Assembly (NCBI RefSeq): GCF_009914755.1
Contig: NC_060938.1
Length of the DNA stretch: 64,000 bases
From: the human T2T-CHM13v2.0 reference genome, Homo sapiens
Direction: 5' to 3' (one strand)
The translations under genes and the position numbers were made by a program. The notes beneath the pieces are model-generated. The model searched no databases. It was not told the DNA's origin and saw nothing but the letters and a program-made list of their open reading frames with translations. Below are positions 1 through 13,088 of the stretch, in pieces; position 1 is the stretch's first letter; each line of letters starts with the position of its first letter.

Positions 1-445
1 TCTCTCTCCCCCCTGTCGGCTGTTTCTCTGTCTCTGTCTGTGTCTCTCTTTCTGTCTGTTTCTCTCTGTCTGTCTTTCTCTCTCTGTCTCTTTCTCTCTG
101 TCTCTCTGTCTGTCTCTGTCTCTCTCTCTGTCTCTCTCTCTCTGTGGGGGTGTGTGTGTGTGTGTGTATGTGTGTGTGTGTGTGTGTGTGTGTCTGCCTT
201 CTGTCTTACTCTCTTTCTCTGCCTGTCTGTCTGCCTGTCTGTTTGTCTCTCTCTCTCTGCCTGTCTCTCTCCCTTCCTGTCTGTTTCTCTCTCTTTCTGT
301 TTCTCTCTGTCTCTGTCCATCTCTGTCTTTCTCCGTCTGTCTCTTTATCTGTCTCTCTCCGTCTGTCTCTTTATCTGTCTCTCTCTCTCTTTCTGTCTTT
401 CTCTCTCTGTGTATCGTTGTCTCTCTCTGTCTGTCTCTGTCTCTG

Positions 446-478
<33 letters not shown>

Positions 479-1821
479 GTCTGTCTGTCCGTCTGTCTGT
501 CTCGGTCTCTGGCTCTCGCTATCTCCCGCCCTCTCTTTTTTTGCAAAAGAAGCTCAAGTACATCTAATCTAATCCCTTACCAAGGCCTGAATTCTTCACT
601 TCTGACATCCCAGATTTGATCTCCCTACAGAATGCTGTACAGAACTGGCGAGTTGATTTCTGGACTTGGATACCTCATAGAAACTACATATGAATAAAGA
701 TCCAATCCTAAAATCTGGGGTGGCTTCTCCCTCGACTGTCTCGAAAAATCGTACCTCTGTTCCCCTAGGATGCCGGAAGAGTTTTCTCAATGTGCATCTG
801 CCCGTGTCCTAAGTGATCTGTGACCGAGCCCTGTCCGTCCTGTCTCAAATATGTACGTGCAAACACTTCTCTCCATTTCCACAACTACCCACGGCCCCTT
901 GTGGAACCACTGGCTCTTTGAAAAAAATCCCAGAAGTGGTTTTGGCTTTTTGGCTAGGAGGCCTAAGCCTGCTGAGAACTTTCCTGCCCAGGATCCTGTG
1001 TGACCAAAAGTGCCTCTGCTGGGAGCTGGGATCCTCGGGACCATGCTTGCTAGCGCTGGATGAGTCTCTGGAAGGACGCACGGGACTCCGCAAAGCTGAC
1101 CTGTCCCACCGAGGTCAAATGGATACCTCTGCATTGGCCCGAGGCCTCCGAAGTACATCACCGTCACCAACCGTCACCGTCAGCATCCTTGTGAGCCTGC
1201 CCAAGGCCCCGCCTCCGGGGAGACTCTTGGGAGCCCGGCCTTCGTCGGCTAAAGTCCAAAGGGATGGTGACTTCCACCCACAAGGTCCCCACTGAACGGC
1301 GAAGATGTGGAGCGTAGGTCAGAGAGGGGACCAGGAGGGGAGACGTCCCGACAGGCGACGAGTTCCCAAGGCTCTGGCCACCCCACCCACGCCCCACGCC
1401 CCACGTCCCGGGCACCCGCGGGACACCGCCGCTTTATCCCCTCCTCTGTCCACAGCCAGCCCCACCCCACCACGCAACCCACGCACACACGCTGGAGGTT
1501 CCAAAACCACACGGTGTGACTAGAGCCTGACGGAGCGAGAGCCCATTTCACGAGGTGGGAGGGGTGGGGGTGGGGTGGGTTGGGGGTTGTGGGGTCTGTG
1601 GCGAGCCCGATTCTCCCTCTTGGGTGGCTACAGGCTAGAAATGAATATCGCTTCTTGGGCGGAGGGGCTTCCTTAGGCCATCACCGCTTGCGGGACTACC
1701 TCTCAAACCCTCCCTTGAGGCCACAAAATAGATTCCACCCCACCCATCGACGTTTCCCCCGGGTGCTGGATGTATCCTGTCAAGAGACCTGAGCCTGACA
1801 CCGTCGAATTAAACACCTTGA

Positions 1822-2030
<209 letters not shown>

Positions 2031-2104
2031 CCTCTTTCATTGGTTTTCACTGGAGATTCTAGATTCGAGCCACACCTCATTCCGTGCCACAGAGAGACTT
2101 CTTT

Positions 2105-5100
2105 TTTTTTTTTTTTTTAAGCGCAACGCAACATGTCTGCCTTATTTGAGTGGCTTCCTATATCATTATAATTGTGTTATAGATGAAGAAACGGTATTAA
2201 ACACTGTGCTAATGATAGTGAAAGTGAAGACAAAAGAAAGGCTATCTATTTTGTGGTTAGAATAAAGTTGCTCAGTATTTAGAGCTACCTAAATACGTCA
2301 GCATTTACACTCTTCCTAGTAAAAGCTGGCCAATCTGAATAATCCTCCTTTAAACAAACACAATTTTTGATAGGGTTAAGATTTTTTTAAGAATGCGACT
2401 CCTGCAAAATAGCTGAACAGACGATACACATTTAAAAAAATAACAACACAAGGATCAACCAGACTTGGGAAAAAATCGAAAACCACACAAGTCTTATGAA
2501 GAACTGAGTTCTTAAAATAGGACGGAGAACGTAGCTATCGGAAGAGAAGGCAGTATTGGCAAGTTGATTGTTACGTTGGTCAGCAGTAGCTGGCACTATC
2601 TTTTTGGCCATCTTTCGGGCAATGTAACTACTACAGCAAAATGAGATATGATCCATTAAACAACATATTCGCAAATCAAAAAGTGTTTCAGTAATATAAT
2701 GCTTCAGATTTAGAAGCAAATCAAATGATAGAACTCCACTGCTGTAATAAGTCACCCCAAAGATCACCGTATCTGACAAAATAACTACCACAGGGTTATG
2801 ACTTCAGAATCATACTTTCTCTTGATATTTACTTATGTATGTATTTATTTTTTTTAATTTATTTCTCTTGAGACGGCGTCTCGCTCTGTCGCCCAGGCTG
2901 GAGTGCGATGGTGTGATCTCGGCTCACTGCAACCGCCACCTCCCTGGGTTCAAGCGATTCTCCTGCCTCAGCCTCCCGAGTAGCTGGGACTACAGGTGCC
3001 CGCCACCACGCCCAGCTAATCTTTATACTTTTAATAGAGACGGGGTTTCACCGTGTCGGCCCGGATGGTCTCGATCTCTTGACCTCGTGACCCGCCCGCC
3101 TCGGCCTCCCAAAGTGCTGGGATGACAGGCGTGAGCCACTGAGCCCGGCCTTCTCTTGACGTTTAAACTATGAAGTCAGTCCAGAGAAACGCAATAAATG
3201 TCAACGGTGAGGATGGTGTTGAGGCAGAAGTAGGACCACACTTTTTCCTATCTTATTCAGTTGATAACAATATGACCTAGGTAGTAATTTCCTATGTGCC
3301 TACTTATACACGAGTACAAAAGAGTAAAACAGAGAGACTGCTAAATTAAAGGGTACGTGAAGTTCTTCATAGTAACTCCGTAAACTGGAACACTGTCAAA
3401 AAGCAGCAGCTAGTGAATTGTTTCCATGTATTTTTCTATGATCCAATAAGTGAACTATGCTATTCCTTTCCAGTCTCCCAAGCACTTCTTGTCCCCATCA
3501 CCACTTCGGTGCTCGAAGAAAAAGTAACAAATCAAGGAACACAACTAAAGAAACACACACACAAACCAAAGACAACTACAGCGTCTGCAAAAGTTTGCTA
3601 GAAGACTGAAACTGTTGAGTATAAGGATCTGGTATTCTACGATCATGAGTTCACTTCAGAGTTTGTTCAAGACATACGTTTCGTAAGGAAACATCTTAGT
3701 TAGAAGTTATTCAGCAGTAGGTACCATCCCTAAGTATTTTTCACCAAATTCGTGACAATAAAGAGCTATCTAACCAGAAAAATTAGCGAGTACCGGCACC
3801 ATCCATAGGGCTTTGTCTTTACGCTTCATTAGCACTTACCATGCCTTACAATGTCTAGGATTGACCCTGATAGCATTTCGAAAACAAGCTAATGCTTTGT
3901 CCAGTTCTTCAGTGAAGACAAGCTCACGCCCTAATGCGCTATAGGCATAAGCATCATTTGGATCCACTTCGAGAGTTCTCTGGAAGAATTGAATCGCAAT
4001 ATCGTGTTCCCGTTGCAGACCGAAACAGTTCCCTGCAGCACACCAGGCCTCTGGCTGGCGAATTTTTATCCATGTCTGTGAAGTCTTTGGACAGAACTGA
4101 AAGAGCAACCTCTTTCGGAGGATGCCAAAGTGTTGTAGAGTAGATCTCCATGCCTTCGACTCTGTAATTCTCAATCCTCCTAACCTCTGAGAATTGTCTT
4201 TCAGCTTGCGTGGACTCTGAAAGTTTACAATAGGCCCTTCCGATTTGGCACAGTACCCAACCGGTATTGCAGTGGTGAGAAGCTAGATGGCTCAAGATGC
4301 TGATAGCTTCTTTGCCGTGGTAAGAACACAAAGCTAAATAACCTTTCCCCCTTTCACGAAGAAGGCTCATCAAGCCTTCCGCTGCTGCTTTTTGTAGATT
4401 AAAAGCCTGAATCTGAGGCGCGATTGCGGCTATTTTCCCTTCTGAAATGACGGAAGAGTCCAATTTTGTCACTTCCAGGCTATCACTTATGTTCGGTGGA
4501 GTTATTGCTCCTTTATTAGTTTTACTTTTGGTTCTTCTGTTTGGGATTTTAGGTGGAAACTTCATTTTTAATTTTCTCCTATTCTCCTCGGTTGTGGAGC
4601 TGTCACTAGTCAAGAGTCGTGAATTTCTTCGAGGCGGTGCATTTGGGGGAGATGCCATAGTGGGGCTCAATACCTGAGGTGTTGCCCTTGTCGGCGGACC
4701 AGAACTTTGTGTTTTTGCAAGGACTGGAGTTACCTTTCGGCTCTTTCCCCTCTGCGAGAAGACAGACGGTGTTCCGGTTTGGCCGATTCTGGCAACAGGC
4801 TTTTTTGAAGGGGCTCCGGTGGATGGCACGTCAATGACAGACGGTGTCTCATACCAGTGCAGTTTTGTCAATAGGGTCCGTCTCCGGGACTTGGGGTTTC
4901 TAATGGCAAAATGCCAACACTTGGGGTTAATGGACTAACAGCTGCTGGTCCTCCTAATAAACTTCGACCAGTTTTTGGTTTATGTTGAACCTGTTTAGAT
5001 CATATGGAAGTTCCTGTTCCCAGTGGGACAGTATCAGGTGAAAGGACAGCTGAATCGATAGAAGACACTGGGGAGTCTGTATTCAAGGAGTACTTTGAAT

Positions 5101-5899
5101 TGGAAGATTCTAAATTCCATCCGTTTCATTCGACGGTGTCCTGGGGTGTTTCCGTAAGAACGGTCTCGGGCTGTCTGTGACATAAACTAGGACGAGGTCC
5201 AAGTGTTGTGGCGCAACACTTGGACAGGCAGTTGCTAAAGCTCTCTAGAGAGGTGAATCAAAATGTTTGGTCAGGATCTGGCTTTTCCCCCCTATTTCAC
5301 ATCATGATTCAAAGGGACACCAGAGGAAAGGATTTCAACGAAGGCTCTTTTGGTCACATTCTGATCCTTTGGTAAGCCGATCTGTCTTGCAATATACATG
5401 TCCCGACGATGGAAGGGGAAAGCGAGCTGAATCACCAAACTCAGGAACGATAATATCATCGTGGCTTTTCTGCTTATGAAACACTCCACCCGATAAGATT
5501 TGATCCCCTTCTGCAAGCTTGCTGAGATCAACACAACATTTCGCAAGCAGGCATTTGCATTGCGGGGTAGTACAACTGTGTCCTTTCAAGAGTCTATATG
5601 TTTTATAGGCCTTTCCTGAGCGGTAAGAACAGGTCGCCAGTAAGAACAAGGCTTCTTCTGAGTGTACTTCTGCATAAAGGCGTTCTGCGGGGGAAACCGC
5701 ATCTCGGTAGGCATAGTGGTTTAGTGCTTGCCATATAGCAGCCTGGACGGGTCCCTGCAGCACCGCCATCCTCGAGGCTCAGGCCCACTTTCTGCAGTGC
5801 CACAGGCACCCCCCCCCCCCCCATAGCGGCTCCGGCCCGGCCAGCCTCGGCTCATTTAAAGGCACCAGCCGCCGTTACCGGGGGATGGGGGAGTCCGAG
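2105..5899 (-). pseudogene. CDC27P: CDC27 (APC3) retropseudogene; CDS-derived part 3838-5769
   Basis: ORFs 5335..5769, 3954..4871 and 3836..4174 translate to CDC27 segments (VQAAIWQALNHYAYRDAV, YLALCSY, EAWCAAGNCF, RNAIRVNPRH) with a stop and frameshifts; coding part has no introns; poly(A) tail (T-run at 2102-2118) and TSD 2089-2104/5900-5915. Confidence 0.92.
2826..3150 (-). mobile_element. Full-length Alu (AluSc/Y-like) inside the CDC27 retrocopy 3' part
   Basis: Alu dimer; flanking TTCTCTTGA at 2817-2825 and 3151-3159 is a possible TSD. Confidence 0.88.
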
Positions 5900-6424
5900 A
5901 CAGAATGACTTCTTTATCCTGCTGACTCTGGAAAGCCCGGCGCCTTGTGATCCATTGCAAACCGAGAGTCACCTCGTGTTTAGAACACGGATCCACTCCC
6001 AAGTTCAGTGGGGGGATGTGAGGGGTGTGGCAGGTAGGACGAAGGACTCTCTTCCTTCTGATTCGGTCTGCACAGTGGGGCCTAGGGCTGGAGCTCTCTC
6101 CGTGCGGACCGCTGACTCCCTCTACCTTGGGTTCCCTCGGCCCCACCCTGGAACGCCGGGCCTTGGCAGATTCTGGCCCTTCCTGGCCCTTCAGTCGCTG
6201 TCAGAAACCCCATCTCATGCTCGGATGCCCCGAGTGACTGTGGCTCGCACCTCTCCGGAAACATTGGAAATCTCTCCTCTACGCGCGGCCACCTGAAACC
6301 ACAGGAGCTCGGGACACACGTGCTTTCGGGAGAGAATGCTGAGAGTCTCTTGCCGACTCTCTCTTGACTTGAGTTCTTCGTGGGTGCGTGGTTAAGACGT
6401 AGTGAGACCAGATGTATTAACTCA

Positions 6425-7571
<1,147 letters not shown>

Positions 7572-8387
7572 ACCCCCCCTTTCCCCTTCCCCCGCTTGTC
7601 TTCCCGACAGACAGTTTCACGGCAGAGCGTTTGGCTGGCGTGCTTAAACTCATTCTAAATAGAAATTTGGGACGTCAGCTTCTGGCCTCACGGACTCTGA
7701 GCCGAGGAGTCCCCTGGTCTGTCTATCACAGGACCGTACACGTAAGGAGGAGAAAAATCGTAACGTTCAAAGTCAGTCATTTTGTGATACAGAAATACAC
7801 GGATTCACCCAAAACACAGAAAGCAGTCTTTTAGAAATGGCCTTAGCCCTGGTGTCCGTGCCAGTGATTCTTTTCGGTTTGGACCTTGACTGAGAGGATT
7901 CCCAGTCGGTCTCTCGTCTCTGGACGGAAGTTCCAGATGATCCGATGGGTGGGGGACTTAGGCTGCGTCCCCCCAGGAGCCCTGGTCGATTAGTTGTGGG
8001 GATCGCCTTGGAGGGCGCGGTGACCCACTGTGCTGTGGGAGCCTCCATCCTTCCCCCCACCCCCTCCCCAGGGGATCCCAATTCATTCCGGGCTGACACG
8101 CTCACTGGCAGGCGTCGGGCATCACCTAGCGGTCACTGTTACTCTGAAAACGGAGGCCTCACAGAGGAAGGGAGCACCAGGCCGCCTGCGCACAGCCTGG
8201 GGCAACTGTGTCTTCTCCACCGCCCCCGCCCCCACCTCCAAGTTCCTCCCTCCCTTGTTGCCTAGGAAATCGCCACTTTGACGACCGGGTCTGATTGACC
8301 TTTGATCAGGCAAAAACGAACAAACAGATAAATAAATAAAATAACACAAAAGTAACTAACTAAATAAAATAAGTCAATACAACCCAT

Positions 8388-8520
8388 TACAATACAATAA
8401 GATACGATACGATAGGATGCGATAGGATACGATAGGATACAATACAATACGATACGATACAATACAATACAATACAATACAATACAATACAATACAATAC
8501 AATACAATACAATACAATAC
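8388..8520 (+). repeat. (AATAC/GATAC)n pentanucleotide microsatellite
   Basis: 12 perfect AATAC units at 8461-8520. Confidence 0.95.
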
Positions 8521-9353
<833 letters not shown>

Positions 9354-9624
9354 TTAACTTCATTTTATGTTATTATCATGATTGATGTTTCGAGACGGAG
9401 TCTCGGAGGCCCGCCCTCCCTGGTTGCCCAGACAACCCCGGGAGACAGACCCTGGCTGGGCCCGATTGTTCTTCTCCTTGGTCAGGGGTTTCCTTGTCTT
9501 TCTTCGTGTCTTTAACCCGCGTGGACTCTTCCGCTCGGGTTTGACAGATGGCAGCTCCACTTTAGGCCTTGTTGTTGTTGGGGACTTTCCTGATTCTCCC
9601 CAGATGTAGTGAAAGCAGGTAGAT

Positions 9625-9658
9625 TTGCCTTGCCTGGACTTGCCTGGCCTTGCCTTTT
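9625..9658 (+). promoter_or_regulatory. RGC p53 response element
   Basis: TTGCCTTGCCTGGACTTGCCTGGCCTTGCCTTTT, the classic ribosomal gene cluster p53 site; half-sites GGACTTGCCT and GGCCTTGCCT. Confidence 0.85.
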
Positions 9659-9690
9659 CTTTCTTTCTTTCTTTATTACTTTCTCTTTTT

Positions 9691-11091
<1,401 letters not shown>

Positions 11092-12164
11092 TGTTGACTC
11101 ATTTCGCTTTTTTATTTCTTTCGTTTCCACGCGTTTACTTATATGTATTAATGTAAACGTTTCTGTACGCTTATATGCAAACAACGACAACGTGTATCTC
11201 TGCATTGAATACTCTTGCGTATGGTAAATACGTATCGGTTGTATGGAAATAGACTTCTGTATGATAGATGTAGGTGTTTGTGTTATACAAATAAATACAC
11301 ATCGCTCTATAAAGAAGGGATCGTCGATAAAGACGTTTATTTTACGTATGAAAAGCGTCGTATTTATGTGTGTAAATGAACGAGCGTACGTAGTTATCTC
11401 TGTTTTCTTTCTTCCTCTCCTTCGTGTTTTTCTTCCTTCCTTTCTTCCTTTCTCTCCTTCTTTAGGTTTTTCTTCCTCTCTTCCTTTCCTTCTTTCTCTC
11501 TTTCTGTCCTTTTTTCCTTCGTGCTTTATTTCTCTTTCGTTCCCTGTGTTTCCTTCTTTTTTCTTTCCTCTCTGTTTCTTTTTCCCTTCTTTCCTTCGTT
11601 TCTTTCCTCATTCTTTCTCTCTTTTTCGTGTTTCTTTCCTTCCCGTCTGTCTTTTAAAAAATGGAGTGTTTCAGAAGTTTACTTTGTGTATCTACGTTTT
11701 CTAAATTGTCTCTCTTTTCTCCATTTTCTTCCTCCCTCCCTCCCTCCCTCCCTCCCTGCTCCCTTCCCTCCCTCCTTCCCTTTCGCCATCTGTCTCTTTT
11801 CCCCACTCCCCTCCCCCCGTCTGTCTCTGCGTGGATTCCGGAAGAGCCTACGCATTCTGCCTCTCCGTGTGTCTGCAGCGACCCGCGACCGAGTCCTTGT
11901 GTGTTCTTTCTCCCTCCCTCCCTCCCTCCCTCCCTCCCTCCCTGCTTCCGAGAGGCATCTCCAAACACCCACGCGCCGTGGGTTGTCTTCTGACTCTGTC
12001 GCGGTCGAGGCAGAGACGCGTTTTGGGCACCGTTTGTGTGGGGTTGGGGCAGAGGGGCTGCGTTTTCGGCCTCGGGAAGAGCTTCTCGACTCACGGTTTC
12101 GCTTTCGCGGTCCACGGGCCGCCCTGCCAGCCGGATCTGTCTCGCTGACGTCCGCGGCGGTTGT

Positions 12165-12400
12165 CGGGCTCCATCTGGCGGCCGCTTTGAGATCGTGCTC
12201 TCGGCTTCCGGAGCTGCGGTGGCAGCTGCCGAGGGAGGGGACCGTCCCCGCTGTGAGCTAGGCAGAGCTCCGGAAAGCCCGCGGTCGTCAGCCCGGCTGG
12301 CCCGGTGGCGCCAGAGCTGTGGCGCGTCGCTTGTGAGTCACAGCTCTGGCGTGCAGGTTTATGTGGGGGAGAGGCTGTCGCTGCGCTTCTGGGCCCGCGG
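12165..12400 (+). promoter_or_regulatory. CTCF site (12166-12186) and spacer-promoter region
   Basis: Reverse complement GCGGCCGCCAGATGGAGCCC fits the CTCF core; about -900 matches the known human rDNA CTCF/spacer-promoter boundary; exact spacer TSS cannot be read from sequence. Confidence 0.7.
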
Positions 12401-12411
12401 CGGGCGTGGGG
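12389..12411 (+). ncRNA. MIR6724: Annotated miR-6724 sequence in the spacer-promoter region
   Basis: CTGGGCCCGCGGCGGGCGTGGGG. Confidence 0.5.
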
Positions 12412-12422
12412 CTGCCCGGGCC

Positions 12423-12432
12423 GGTCGACCAG
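12423..12432 (+). terminator. Spacer-promoter-associated Sal box (Tsp-like)
   Basis: GGTCGACCAG at about -650 from the TSS. Confidence 0.7.
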
Positions 12433-12894
12433 CGCGCCGTAGCTCCCGAGGCCCGAGCCGCGACCCGCGGGGACCCGCCGCGCGTGGCGCGGGAGGCTGG
12501 GGACGCCCTTCCCGGCCCGGTCGCGGGTCCGCGCTCATCCTGGCCGTCTGAGGCGGCGGCCGAATTCGTTTCCGAGTCCCCGTGGGGAGCCGGGGACCGT
12601 CCCGCCCCCGTCCCCCGGGTGCCGGGGAGCGGTCCCCGGGCCGGGCCGCGGTCCCTCTGCCGCGATCCTTTCTGGCGAGTCCCCGTGCGGAGTCGGAGAG
12701 CGCTCCCTGAGCGCGCGTGCGGCCCGAGAGGTCGCGCCTGGCCGGCCTTCGGTCCCTCGTGTGTCCCGGTCGTAGGAGGGGCCGGCCGAAAATGCTTCCG
12801 GCTCCCGCTCTGGAGACACGGGCCGGCCCCCTGCGTGTGGCACGGGCGGCCGGGAGGGCGTCCCCGGCCCGGCGCTGCTCCCGCGTGTGTCCTG

Positions 12895-12905
12895 GGGTTG
12901 ACCAG
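12895..12905 (+). terminator. Promoter-proximal TTF-I site T0
   Basis: GGGTTGACCAG (Sal-box variant) at about -170 from the TSS. Confidence 0.8.
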
Positions 12906-12914
12906 AGGGCCCCG

Positions 12915-13088
12915 GGCGCTCCGTGTGTGGCTGCGATGGTGGCGTTTTTGGGGACAGGTGTCCGTGTCGCGCGTCGCCTGGGCCGGCGGCGTGGTCGGTG
13001 ACGCGACCTCCCGGCCCCGGGGGAGGTATATCTTTCGCTCCGAGTCGGCATTTTGGGCCGCCGGGTTATTGCTGACGCGCTGTCCTCT
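12915..13088 (+). promoter_or_regulatory. Pol I 47S promoter (UCE approx. -156..-107; core approx. -45..+18)
   Basis: GGAGGTATATCTTTCGCTCCGAGTCGGCATTTTGGGCCGCCGGGTTATT|GCTGAC matches the human core promoter. Confidence 0.93.

Noticed and set aside
3954-4871. 305-aa CDC27-like ORF as a functional gene
   Set aside because: Internal pseudogene fragment starting at a non-ATG codon, with an upstream stop and a frameshift near 4050
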